Source: the human T2T-CHM13v2.0 reference genome, Homo sapiens. From it: 64,000 bases of DNA. Positions 26,350 to 39,914 of this stretch are shown here, in pieces. The stretch lies in assembly GCF_009914755.1 (NCBI RefSeq), contig NC_060936.1; one strand, given 5' to 3'. Made by a program: the position numbers and the translations under genes. Numbering within the stretch: position 1 is the first letter of the stretch; each line of letters begins with the position of its first letter. Below the pieces are notes generated by a model. That model ran no database searches, had not been told where the DNA came from, and saw nothing but the letters and a program-made list of their open reading frames with translations.

Positions 26350-28090
26350 TTATTTTTTGACTTTTTAGTAATGGCCATTCTGACTAGTGTGAGATCGTAT
26401 CTCATTGTGGTTTTGTCTGCATTTCCCTAATGATTAGAGTGAACATATGAAATGTTTGTTAACCACATGTATGTCTTCTTTTGAAAGGTGTCTATTTATC
26501 CCCTTTGCTAAATTTTTAATGGTGGTGTTTGGTTTTGGCTTGTTAATTTGTTTAAGTTTCTTACAGATTCTGGATATTAAGACCTTGGTTGAATGCATAG
26601 TTTGTGAATATTTTCTCCCATTGTAGGTTGTCTGTTTACTCTGTTGTAGTTTCTTTTGCTGTGCAGAAACTCTTTAGTTTAATTAGGTCCCATTTGTCAA
26701 TTTTTGTTTTTGTTGCAATTGCTTTTGGTGTCTTCGTTATGAAATATTTGCTAGTGCCTATGTCCAGAATGGTACTCTTAGGTTATCTTCCAGGGTTTTT
26801 ATAGGTATAGGTTTTATATTTAAGTTGTTAATCCCTCTTGCGTTGATTTTTGTATATGGTATAACAGGGATCCCCAGTCCCCAGGTCATGGACCAGTACC
26901 AGTCTGTGTTAGGAAATGGGGTCACACAGCAGGAGGTGAGTGGCAGGTGAGTGAGCAAAGCTTCATGTGTATGTACAGCCACTCCCCATTGCTCACATTA
27001 CTGCCTGAGCTCATCTTCCTGTCAGATCAATGGCAGCATTAGATTCTTTTAGGAGCACAAACTCTATTGTGGACTGCACACTCAAGGGAATCTAGGTTGC
27101 GCACTCCTTATGAGAGTCTAATGCCTTACGATCTATCACTGCCTCCCACCACCCCCACATGGGACCATCTAATTGCAGGAAAACAAGCTCAGGGCTCCCA
27201 TTGATTCTACATTATGATGAGTTGTACTAGAATCAATTATTTCATTATATATTACAATGTAATAATAATAGAAATAAAGTGCACAATAAATGTAATACTC
27301 TTGAATCATCCTGAAACAACTACCACCCCTGGTCCATGGAAAAACTGTCTTCCATGAAACTGTTCCCTGGTGCCAAAAAGATTAGGGACTGCTGTGGTAT
27401 AAGGAAGGGGTCCAATTTCAATCTTCTGCATATGGTTAGCCAATTATCCCAGAACCATTTATTGAATAGGAAGTCCCTTCTCCACCGCTTGTTTTTGTTG
27501 ACTTTGTTGAAGACCATATGGTTGCAGGTGTGCAGCATTATTTCTGGGATCACTATTCTGTTCCATTGGTCTATGTGTCTGTTTTTGTACCTGTACCATG
27601 CTGTTTTGATTACTGTAGCCTTGCAGTATAGTTAGAAGTTTGGTAATATGATGCCTTCAGCTTTGTTCTTTTTGCTTAGGATTGCCTTGGATATTCAGGC
27701 TCTTCTGTGGTTCTATAGTAATTTTGAGAGTTTTTTTTCTAATTCTGTGAAGAACATCATTGGTAGTTTGATAAGAATAGCATTGAATCTGTAAATTGCT
27801 TTGGGCAGTATAGCCATTTTAACAATATTGATTCTTTCTATCCATGAGCATGGAATGTTTTTCCACTTGTTTGTGTCATCTCTGAACAGTGTTTTGTAAT
27901 TATTATTGTAAAGATCTTTTACCTCCCTGGTTAGCTGCATTCCTAAGAATTGTATTCTTTTTGTAGCTACTGTTAATGGGATTGTATTCTTGATTTGGCT
28001 CTCAGCTTGGACCTTGTTCGTGTATAGGAATGCTGCTGACTTTTGTACATTGATTTTGTATCCTGAAATTTTGCTGAAGTTGTTTACTAG
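26350..28090 (-). mobile_element. Inverted 5' segment (ORF2) of twin-primed L1PA15/16-like element
   Basis: Reverse-strand ORF2 remnants (ORF 27713-27940 [32 protein letters not shown]). Confidence 0.9.
26865..27394 (+). mobile_element. MER1A hAT-Charlie element inserted in L1
   Basis: ~530 bp, cagggatcccc...gggactgctg ends; perfect 8-bp TSD tggtataa. Confidence 0.93.
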
Positions 28091-28737
28091 ATGAGGTTGC
28101 AGAGAATAGGGAACACTTATACACTGCTGGTGGTAATGTAAATTAGTTCAGCCTAATAACTGTGGAAAGCAGTTTGGCAATTTGTCAAAGAATCTAAACA
28201 GAATATCCATTATTTCATTATTGAGTATATACCCAAAAGAATATAAATTATTCTACCATAAAGACACATGTATGGGCATGGTCATTGCAGCACTAGTCAC
28301 AGTAGCAAAGACATGGGATCAACCTAAATGCCATCAATGGTAGACTGGATAAAGAAAATGTGTGGTAAATATACACTATGGGATACTATGCAGCCATAAA
28401 AAATGATATTTTGTTCTTTACAGGAACATGGTTGGAGCTGGATGCCATTATCCTAAGTGAACTAAGGCATGAACAGAAAACCAAATACTGCATGCTCTCA
28501 CTTATAACTGGGAGCTAAATAACAAGAACACATGGGCACAAAGAGGGGAACAACAGACACTAGGACCTACCTGAGGGTGGAGGGCAGGAGGAGGGTGAAG
28601 ATAGAAAAACTACCTATTGGGTACTATGCTTTTTATGTAGGTGGCAGAATAATCTGTACACCAAACCCCTGTGACATAAAATTTGCCTAACAAACCTGCA
28701 CACCTATCTCTGAACCTAAACTAAAAGTTAAAACAAA
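28089..28737 (+). mobile_element. Sense 3' segment of the same L1PA15/16-like element
   Basis: Resumes L1 consensus just past the left end of the inverted segment; old-L1PA 3'UTR gagggtggagggcaggaggagggtga. Confidence 0.9.
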
Positions 28738-30289
28738 TTCAGATGACAAATTTGGCCTCTGACAGAAAGTGTATGTGATTGATTAGCAAAGTCTGCCTCG
28801 AGTGCAGGCATTGAGTGGATAGCAGGTGTGTCCTGGTCTTGCTTTCTTGGATCTGAATTGTATGACAGGATTAGCCAAATTTCCTACACCTTTCAAATTT
28901 CCAGTGACCTCTGAAATATAGAACCTTGACTCCCACAGACTAATAAATCTTCATCGTGATTAAGAACAGTACAGTTTCACATTATGTAGTGTGATTAGTT
29001 TTTATTTATTAGGACAAGAAATCAGTTTCCATATCTTCAAAAGTTATCTTTAATTATCTCTTACTATGTAAGATTTTATAGTCTTCCTCCCAAAGCAACA
29101 TTGTCAGTATTGTTTGAAGCTGTGCACCCCAGGGCAGTCTGCTTGAAAGCCATTAGTTTGCAGAATGACCTTGAGGCAAGTAGATGCTGCATGCTTTTGC
29201 ATAAAGTAGAAGGAGCAAGGTATTTTGCAAACAGCTGTCCTCACAGTTACATATGAATTGTTCTAACTAGTTGATCATCATGTCCTCACCTGAAATAAGC
29301 AATTGCAAATTTCTAGGAGAATGCATGTCCAGTGAATACACTGTGCAAAATGACCAGAAATCACCACCTTTCTTGGATAAGATTAAAGCCAGACACTTTG
29401 TAAATGAGGCTGTATGCACTTGCTGCTGAGAGAGTGGCCACCCTTCCAAGGTGCCTGATGCAAGGCAGCCACCCACAGCTGAGTGTTATTATAGCCAATG
29501 ACACTAACAAGCATCTTCAGTTAACCTATTACTACGATTGCCAGATAACAGGGTTTATATGTTATGCCATCTCCTAGCACACATTCAGAAATATAGGAGT
29601 ACAAAAGGATTGATCCCAGACAGCAGGCTTTTACTACTAAATGTAAAAGAAGAAGGAGAAATAAAGGATAAAGGTATTTCATTCAATTGACCTGCATCTC
29701 GTCAAAGTTCATGAACGAAACTTGTTTACCAGCCATGAATAGAATTCTGGGTGTTTCTGTGGCAAGAATGGGTCATGACAAATTTTTAGAGATCTGTCAA
29801 CACCGTTAATACTCATGATACACTTCAAAAGCAGCTATTGCAGCCACCTCCACAGCAGACTTGTAAACTGGAATCGTTCTGTTTTGTTGAGTGATGAGTG
29901 CTGAATGAGGGGGAGAGGGATGACGGGAGGGCGCTTGGCTCCTGTTTTACAGCCCTTATAGGTGGTAACATCCCCAGCTTGCTGTGTTCTCTGACAATAA
30001 AGTCCTCTGAAAAAATAAGCACCATCACTGTTGTTGCGTGAACTGGTTATTTATCACAACACGAAGTCATGAATACCAAGTTGTCTATGAGAGACACGAC
30101 AAAGGATTGCTTCCAAATTTCTACCACCCCCCCCCACCCCTCCAGTTCTGAGACACCTGCTTGGAAATGCCAGAGCATACTCTTGGCCTTCAAAGAGACT
30201 TTATTGGCTTCTCTGCTGCTGAACACAGGTGATAAATGTAGCTATGCGTTCATCTTGCTATTCTTCAATTTCCTTAGAAGCGTAATAAT

Positions 30290-30490
30290 ATAATGTGTTC
30301 AGACTGCGTGAGTTCAACTTCCAGCTCTCTTTTGACTGGCAGTAAAACCTAGACAATTTTCTTAGGATTATGTGACCTTAGGCTCTTTATCTATAATGGG
30401 TAAAGTAAATCCTACCCCAAACACTTTCACCAGGGTATTTTGGAAGATTAAATATATTTAATTCACAAAATACTGGGTGCACAGTAAGAG
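30290..30490 (+). mobile_element. MIR fragment
   Basis: cagactgcgtgagttcaacttccagctct...tctataatggg. Confidence 0.6.
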
Positions 30491-30723
30491 AACGGAAATG
30501 AATGATTCCCTTCATTTTAGGCCTATATGTTTTAAAAGAGAGAGAGAGAGAAGGAGACATTTAAGAAAATTGATTTCAAAATGATTAAGAGAAGAATGTC
30601 TCGAGCACTGACAAATCAGAGCAGACACCAGCTCTAAGCGCATGGCCCAGGCTGAGTATAGCTGCTGTGTCTGCATCAGCCTGCCTCCAAGAGGTGGAGG
30701 AACAAGTTGCTACACACTTCCTT

Positions 30724-31173
30724 TGTGAAAGGAAAATAAATCTTGAGGCCCCAAAATCGCTAAGCTAAAGGGAAAAGTCAAGCTGGGAACTGCAGAGGGC
30801 AAACCTGCCTCCCATTCTATTCAAAGTCACCCCTCTGCTTACTGAGATAAATGGATATCTAATTGCCTCCTTTGGAGAGGCTCATCAGAAATTCAAAAGA
30901 ATGCAACCATTTGTCTCTTACCTGCCTATGACCCGGAAGCCTCCTCCCCGCTTTGAGTTGTCCCGCCTTTTCCAGAATAAGCCAATGTTCATCTTACGTA
31001 TGTGGATTGATATCTCATGTCTCCCTAAAATGTACAAAACCAGACTGTGCTCTGACCACCTTGGGCACATGTTTTTGGGACCTCCTGAGCCTGTGTCACG
31101 GGTGTGCCTTCAACTCTGGCGAAATAAACTTTCTAAATTAACTGAGACCTGTCTCAGATATTTGGGGTTCATA
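30724..31173 (+). mobile_element. MER4A1-like ERV1 solo LTR
   Basis: tgtgaaaggaaaataaatctt start, aataaactttctaaattaactgagacctgtctcaga end; 4-bp TSD cctt/cctg. Confidence 0.88.
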
Positions 31174-31329
31174 CCTGGCACAGTGTATTCCTGATTCTAG
31201 CATTTGTTAGTGGCTTTTATTAAAACCTACTCTCAAGGAGATATTTAAAATTATGTTAAGCTCTTTCTCTCTACTGTAAATCTCCTACAAATAGTCATAT
31301 TCATTATATAAATATGTGTATATATACAC

Positions 31330-31765
31330 TTATTAATATTAATATATTGGCATGCCATACAACTCACCCATTTTAAATGTGTGATTCAGTGATTTTTATT
31401 ACATTCACAGTTGTACAATCATCACTGCTACCGATTTTCCAACATTTTCTTCATTGTGAAGCCTTGTACCTATTGCCCCCCAACCCTCCATCCTCCACTG
31501 TTGCTAGGCCCAGGAAACCACTCATCTATTTTCTGTCTCTGCAAATTTGCCAGTTCCAGACATTTCACATCAATGGAATCAAACCGTCTGTGCTTGTATG
31601 TCTGACTTCTTGCATAATGTTTTATGTCTGACTTAGCATAATGTTTTCAGAGCTCACCCATGTTGTGGCATGTATCGGGGCTTCCTTCCTTTTCGTGGAT
31701 AAATCCTCTTCCATTGTGGGATGCACATTTTATGTATTCACTCGTTGGCTGATGGACACTTACTG
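31330..31765 (-). mobile_element. L1MB 3' end
   Basis: caactcacccattttaaatgt, gacatttcacatcaatggaatc. Confidence 0.8.
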
Positions 31766-32416
31766 TCGTCAACCTTGCAGTGGTGTCTGCCCTGCTCCCC
31801 AGCACTCAGCGGCTCATCTGACCCTCCCTGCTTATGGATTTCCTGCTGGATTACATCGTTACTCCCCTCCGCTTTCCCCGCCTCTCCAGCCTACCAGCGG
31901 CCTGTGAATAAATTCAGTCTCCTTGCCGAGGCTCCCTGTCCACCAGCATGTGATGGTCGCATGGAAGCTTGCAGCCTTAAAGGTGCATTAGCCTCCATCA
32001 GCCAACACCACTGCCAACTCCTTGGAGATATAAGGCCCTATGTGTTTTGGTAATAACTTCGGCTTTTATTAAAAATAATGCCGATTATAAAAATTTCAAG
32101 CTGTGTAGAAGCATGAAAACAAAAAAAAAATCATCTCAAATCATAAGACTTAAACTTTTTAATTTTAAATATCAGACGACCTTTATCATTCCAGGCGTCA
32201 TTCTAGGCATGATGTGTATGAACAAACCATCAAACGAATGAGAATAGTATATTATAAAAATGCAACTTGTACTCTGAATGCACTTTTTGATGAAAATGTG
32301 CTAAATTTATTTTTACTTACGCTTAACAGGAGACCAAGAATCTGAAGTGACATTACTCAACTTCAAACAAAGTGTAGCTGACTACAATAGATACTGGTTT
32401 TGAAAAATATTGTTAG

Positions 32417-32698
32417 GGCTGGGCACAGTGGCTCACGCCGGTAATCCCAGCACTTTGGGAGGCCAAGGCAGGCGGATCACGAGGTCAGGAGATCGAGACC
32501 ATCCTGGCTAACACGGTGAAACCCCGTCTCTACTAAAAATACAAAAAAAAAAAAATTAGCCAGGCGTGGTGGCGGGTGCCTGTAGTCCCAGCTACTGGGG
32601 AGGCTGAGGCAGGAAAATGGCGTGAACTTGGGAGGCGGAGCTTGCAGTCCAGCCTGGGCAACAGAGCGAGACTCTGTCTCAAAAAAATAAAAAAAAAA
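32417..32698 (+). mobile_element. AluY with 24-bp right-arm deletion
   Basis: gagatcgagaccatcctggctaacacgg, ggcgtgaac, gagcttgcagt|ccagcctgg. Confidence 0.95.
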
Positions 32699-33062
32699 GA
32701 ATGAAAGACAGCATAAATAAAACAGAATATTATGAAGAACTTTAAAAAAAAAGAAAAATATTATGTTGAGGTTACAAAAAGTGTTTATGCCAAAAAACAA
32801 TTCAATTTCTAGAGCCATTGTTATAATTGTTATGGATGCTATTATTGTTTAAAATTCCATGATTTAATTTTAGTTATAATAGTATGGATAGGCTCTCTTT
32901 TTTAAAAGATGAAGGAGTTGGCAGTCTTCCCACTTCTTTTACCCTATGTCTTCATTAGTTGCATTAATCGTTTAAGATTTGGAATATTTGCCTGCTGTGG
33001 TGGAATCCCAGCTTTTGCAGTCATTTAGTTTTATGTCTATATTTATCTTATACAAAGCTCAC

Positions 33063-33423
33063 TGTATTAGTTTATTCTCATGCTGCTACGAAGAAATGCC
33101 TCAGACTAGGTAATTTATAAAGGAACAAGGTTTAATTGACTCACAGTTCCTCATGGCTGGGAAGGCCTCAGGAAATGTAAAATCATGGCAGAAGGAACCC
33201 CTTTACAGGGTAGCAGGAGGGAGGATGAGTATCGATTGAAGGAGGAAGCCCCTTATAAAACCATCAGATCTCGTGAGAACTCACTCACTATCACTAGAAC
33301 AGCATGGGAGGAACCAACCCTGTGATTTAATTATCTCCACCTTGTTCCTCCCACAACACATGGGGATTATGGGAACTACAATCCATGATGATATTTGGGT
33401 GGGGAAACAGCCAACCCATATCA
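33063..33423 (-). mobile_element. THE1C-like solo LTR
   Basis: tgtattag...catatca ends; perfect TSD ctcac. Confidence 0.93.
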
Positions 33424-33844
33424 CTCACCTTGTCACGGATTCAACTGCTTCTGCTTCTCTTCTTCCCAAAATGCATTGGTGGTGTTGATCTGTTGATGGT
33501 TGGTTTTTAACCTTTCTTATTATTTTCCATCATTTAAATGTAATCATGGAGGAGAAGAAGGGACTTTACCCTGTGATCAGTCTGCAGCATTCAACAGGGA
33601 AGTCCTACTCTGCCTTCTAAACTGCAAGCTGCTGTGCAACTCTAAGGAACAGTCAGTCATTTGCTCAGCAAGTGTTGACTGAGACCTGTGCCCCAGTCTC
33701 TGGGATTCTGGCTGGATCTGGCCAACGAACAGTGCCCAGAGCTCAGCATCTGTGAGCGCAACAGGGCTTCAGGAAGTGTGTTCTGCCCAGTTACAGACTT
33801 CTGCTACTTTCCTAAGGACTTCCTTTAATAGGGAATGAGGGATT

Positions 33845-34392
33845 TTGTTCTGGATATCTATGGCTGCATAATAAACCATCACAAAGCTTAGTAGCTTAAA
33901 ACAAGGACAAGCATTTATGTAGTTCATGCATCTTTGATTTGAGGTGAATGATGGGCATGGATTTTTTCTGCTTTACGAGATGTGAGGCCGCAGCTAGGTA
34001 TATGGGACAGTTGTGGGAGGTGGGAATGACCTTATAGCCAGGGCTGAAGTCATCTGGAAGGTCGTTTGCTCGCATGTCTGTCAGTTGCTTGCCAGCCAGT
34101 ACCATTGGCCAGATGCCTACCTGTGGCTTCCTCATGTGGTGTGGGGTCCCTCACAGAATGGCGGCCATATTGCAAGAGTGAGGGTCCCAAATGGGGCCCA
34201 GTGGAAGCTGTATTTCCTCTTGTGATCTCACCTCACATGTTACATAGAATAATTTGTACTATGGTCCCAGATCTGCCAAGTTCAAGAGAAATGAAATGTA
34301 GACCTCACTTTGGGATGGAAAGAGTGTTAATGTCACATTAAGATAATATAAAATGTGTCTTCACAGCTTTTTTGGCAAATACAATCTACCAT
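33845..34392 (-). mobile_element. MLT1F/G-like LTR
   Basis: gctgcataataaacc...agcttaaaacaa; aatacaatctaccata end. Confidence 0.75.
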
Positions 34393-35744
34393 AGGTTTTA
34401 CTCCACAATTAAATAGCAAGCTTAAGACACTGAGACCCTTGAGAAAAAATAACCTATTCAAAATTACATGAAGAAAACTAGGGTTTTTAATTGACAGCAG
34501 AAAAGGAGCAAGAAAAATTGGAAGAGACCATGAAAGGGGCCTCTGTGGACCTTGGGACTGACTTGGTAAACTTTCCTGATCTCCCCAGAATTATCACTAC
34601 CTCTGGAAAATATTTACCTTTGGCCGATGAGGCAGCTCATTCATAGCTGATGATGATAAGGTCCTGATCTCTCTCTAGGGGACGAGAGCTTGCAGATGGA
34701 GGCAGTTACTCAGCACAATGAGCTGCCCAGGCGGTGGAAAACCTAATGGGACAGAACATAGTCTAATTTCTGAGAGAGCTATGCAGCCACCTCATGATTT
34801 TCACATCCGAACAGAGTTCCCATTTGGGTGTCCCCTGTGGGCTATTCAGAACTCCCGTTTAAGAGGCAGCTTCGTGAAGCAGGTTCACTTCTGCAGGGAG
34901 AGGGGCTGCATCTGGCTATGTAAGGCTGCCTTTGTTTTCTGCTTGTCAGAGGTCAGCTTTGCCCTGACTGTGCTGTCCCTCTGACCTACCAAGGGGTGAA
35001 GGCACAGGGTGTTTTGAACATAGTCCCCCAAACTGAGGCCATATCTGCATGCTTCTTCATTGCAAGATGACACCAAACTGATAAAGACAGAAGTGAGATA
35101 AAGCTAAAATGAAACTGTTATAAATGCAGAGAAGACATCGCCTGGAAGAAAAATAGAAATTTGAATTTCAAAATGGAAAGCTTGAGTGGAAAGAACACCC
35201 ATCTGCGTCTTTACCCATGGTCACCTGTGGTGTCATTTGCCTCCCAATGCCAGCCATGGGGTTCTAAGGTCACACAACTCCCATGATGCCTGGCACAGAG
35301 CCAAGGACACACAGGTCAAAGGTCCTGAAAATGTCTCCAGGGAACTAGGTTTCTAAAGTGGATGTGTGCAGAGGCTGGGGAGGAGAAGGGAGAGGGAAGG
35401 GAGCCTGGGGAACTGGAAGGCTGCTTTCCAACCAACAAGGGCACCAGGACTCAGCCCCACCTAGCTCCTGTCATCTGGGTGTATGCAAATAGTGCGGGAG
35501 ACTTACCAAGATTGCAAGACCAGCCTGAAAGCTCCATTTTCTTCATTGTGAAATCTTTATGCTTTAAAATATCAGCCCAAGTCCATAAATAATAAAGAAC
35601 TTTGGAAGAATCATTGCTGTTCAGGTCCTTATTGGATCCACAGCAGTGGGAGGGAAGAGATCATCGTATCTTTTTCATCTGTGTATCCTCCAGAGTGTCT
35701 GGCATAAATCAGTGTGCAACGCAAGAATTTTTAGCAAACTTTCC

Positions 35745-36345
35745 AAGGTATGCAATCATCATCTTAATCCAATTTTACAACATTTTTGTCACTCAATAAG
35801 AGTCCCTCATACTCATTTGGAATTAATCCCTGCTCTCATTCCCAGCACCTGCCAATCACTAACCTATTTTCTCTCTCTAGAATTCCCTTTTATAAATGCG
35901 TCATATCAGTGGAATCATGTGTGCTCTCTTGTGTCTTCTTTCACGTCATGTTTTCAAGTTTCACCCATGTCGTCATCCATGTTGTATGTAGCATGTGTCA
36001 ACACTTCATTCCTTTTCATGGCCAAATAACATTCCATTGTGGGGATACATGACAGGTTTTTTAATCTATTTATTAGTTGGTGAACATTTGATTGTTTTCA
36101 CTTTTTGGCTTTGATGAAAAATGAAACAATCAGCATTCCTGTGCAAATGTGTGCACTGGTTTTTATTTGTCTTGGGTAGATACCTATGAGTAGAACCGCT
36201 GGGTCATTTGGTAAATACCTGTGTAACGTTTTCAGAAACAGAAAAACTATTTTGCAAAGAGGCTACCACCTGTTAAGCTCCCCCACAGCAATGATAAGCG
36301 TTTCTGTTTTTCCACACCCTTGACAACACTTGTTAATGTCTTCCC
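35745..36345 (-). mobile_element. L1MB 3' region
   Basis: ggaatcatgtgtg, ttccttttcatggccaaataacattccattg, gctgggtcatttggtaa. Confidence 0.8.
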
Positions 36346-36599
36346 ATTAGAACAGTTTTAAGGTGTTTTCTTGGTATTCCTGGAAGTGGTGAGAGTTTTA
36401 TGGAAAGCGAAAAAGGGGATGTTTTTGCTGATGTATGAACCAGGCTACCTTAATCTGCGAAGTTACTATATTTGCACCAACCTAATAGATTCTGTCAGGT
36501 GTGGGTGGAGACAGTGAGGATCTGCTCAATTGGTTACTGAGACATTCAGCAAGAGAGCTGAACTAGCCCGCCCAGGAGTGAGCTGAAAGGAAGTGTACT

Positions 36600-37080
36600 A
36601 AAGATACTAGGAGTGCATTTCCACTCCTAGGCTTTTATCCCACAGATAGTTTAACCTACAAGGGCAAAGATTTGCATGTCCAAGAGTATACATCACAGCA
36701 TTATTCTTTGTAGCAAATTTGGAAACAACCAAAATTTCTACCTTCATGAGACGTCTTGGGTAAAATATGGAATAAATAATCATATACCAGTACAATGGTT
36801 ACTAAAAATGAGATAGAGTATTCTCTCTATTGATATGGAACATCCACCCATATATTTTGCTCAAAGTGGAAATCAAGGTGCAGACCACTTTATTTCATAT
36901 GCTGCTGTTTGTGTAAAAGATAGACTACGTTCACCTACATGTGTGTTTTACATGTCTCTGTGTGTGTGAGTGTATGTATATTTGTATATGAACAGACTGT
37001 TCCTGGAAAGATAAAAAAGAAGGGGAAGATGGAAACTACAGTCCTAAGATTCACGATTGGCAGTAAGAATCTGTAAAAAA
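36600..37080 (+). mobile_element. L1ME 3' region
   Basis: catttccactcctagg, catcacagcattatt...tggaaacaacc. Confidence 0.65.
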
Positions 37081-37085
37081 AGAAA

Positions 37086-38813
37086 TATATATATATTTTA
37101 TGTATATATATACACACACACACACTTATGTATACTTATATATATATACTTATGTACATATATCTTATATATATACATATATACTCATGTACATACATCT
37201 TATATGTATACATATATGCTTATGTACTTACATCTTATATATATACATATATACTTATGTACATATATCTTACATATATACATATATACTTATATATATC
37301 TTATATATATATACTTACGTATATATATCTTATATATATACACATATACTTACGTATATATATCTTATATATACACATATACTTACGTATATATATCTTA
37401 TATATACACATATACTTACGTATATATATCTTATATATACACATATACTTACGTATATATATCTTATATATACACATATACTTACGTATATATATCTTAT
37501 ATATACACATATACTTACGTATATATATCTTATATATACACATATACTTACGGATATATATCTTATATATACACATATACTTACGGATATATATCTTATA
37601 TATACACATATACTTACGGATATATATCTTATATATACACATATACTTACGGATATATATCTTATATATACACATATACTTACGGATATATATCTTATAT
37701 ATACACATATACTTACGGATATATATCTTATATATACACATATACTTACGGATATATATCTTATATATACACATATACTTACGGATATATATCTTATATA
37801 TACACATATACTTACGGATATATATCTTATATATACACATATACTTACGGATATATATCTTATATATACACATATACTTACGGATATATATCTTATATAT
37901 ACACATATACTTACGGATATATATCTTATATATACACATATACTTACGGATATATATCTTATATATACACATATACTTACGGATATATATCTTATATATA
38001 CACATATACTTACGGATATATATCTTATATATACACATATACTTACGGATATATATCTTATATATACACATATACTTACGGATATATATCTTATATATAC
38101 ACATATACTTACGGATATATATCTTATATATACACATATACTTACGGATATATATCTTATATATACACATATACTTACGGATATATATCTTATATATACA
38201 CATATACTTACGGATATATATCTTATATATACACATATACTTACGGATATATATCTTATATATACACATATACTTACGGATATATATCTTATATATACAC
38301 ATATACTTACGGATATATATCTTATATATACACATATACTTACGGATATATATCTTATATATACACATATACTTACGGATATATATCTTATATATACACA
38401 TATACTTACGGATATATATCTTATATATACACATATACTTACGTATATATATCTTATATATACACATATACTTACGTATATATATCTTATATATACACAT
38501 ATACTTACGTATATATATCTTATATATATACATATATACTTACGTATATATATCTTATATATATACATATATACTTACGTATATATATCTTATATATACA
38601 TATATACTTACGTATATATATCTTATATATATACATATATACTTACGTATATATATCTTATATATATACATATATACTTACGTATATATATCTTATATAT
38701 ATACATATATACTTACGTATATATATCTTATATATATACATATATACTTACGTATATATATCTTATATATATACATATATACTTACGTATATATATCTTA
38801 TATATATACACAT
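37086..38813. repeat. AT-rich 33/35-bp minisatellite (VNTR), ~50 units
   Basis: Core unit tacggatatatatcttatatatacacatatact; 27 cgg units (37551-38409) flanked by cgt units and degenerate tgt units. Confidence 0.98.
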
Positions 38814-39914
38814 AAGAATATACACAATCCAAATAAGTGTTGAAAAAATAACAACAAATGAGCATTCTTGTAATTAACATATGCCTAAGAAATGAAGCAT
38901 TACCAGCATAAGATGATCTGTTTCTCTATACACGGGCCCTTTAATATTGTTTGTCTTGTTATGTACATGTATTACCTATTCAGTAAATGCTTTGAAATGG
39001 AAAAATATATATATATCAGTAAGGAGCAACATTATAACAGAATAAGTCCCTCAAAGCAAAAGCAAATCAACAAACCCAATAAACATTTATTTTTCCAAGA
39101 TGACACCAAGGCTGAGACATAATGTGAAGCTAAGCCTCCCTGGAACTGAGGTCGTCATTATCGTCACTGCCTTGTGTTGCATCGTTAATAAGCCCAAATG
39201 CTTTATTGCTGGCTGGGAGCATTCCAGACATCCTAGGGTAGACATCCTGCCATTGAAATGGCCCCCAGAAAAGGGCGTCATCATTAACAAGAAGACTTAG
39301 CTCTGTGGCTGCTCAAGTCACAAATAGACCAACCACCACTTTCATCCTGCCTGATTCAGCGCATGACCTTGACTCCAATTATGAGAGAAGGGGAGACCTT
39401 GTAATAAGTCCCTGACTTTTTAGAACACTGAATATCACCTGATAGGATGAGGAAACTCTGATACGGTCGATGCCTACCTGGGAATTTGCAGCAGGAATGC
39501 TGATGAAGATGCAAAATCATATCCTAGAGTCATTGAGAATATTTTGAGCCACCTTGCAAGATTTAAATTGAATGGGACTTCTAAACATCAACAAGGACAT
39601 ACACAAGCTGAAACAGCCTCGTCTGTAGGACAAACAACAACTTTTACTTAATGATGCCTAAGCAGAAACACTGACAAAATGAGCTACCTGGGGCTTAGCC
39701 CAGTTCATCGCTGGCTGTTTCTCCACACTCAAGGCAGCAGGGGCCAAGGTGGGAAGCTTACCCTCCTGCCTGGGGTGATGTCTGTCCACACCTCACCAGG
39801 CTGTTCAGTACTGAGTGAAGACATCTGGTCCAGTTTTAGTTTGGCCATCATCTGCCCCCAGGCAGGCAGGTTGAAAAAGTGGATAGTCCAGAGAAAGAGC
39901 AGGAGCAGAGGCTC

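Noticed and set aside
37318-38790. CRISPR-like array (33-35 bp periodicity)
   Set aside because: No unique spacers, no cas genes, primate context
37057-38877. 410-606 aa ORFs in five frames (YIYT.. repeats)
   Set aside because: Translations of a stop-poor 33-bp unit; no promoter, splice or domain evidence
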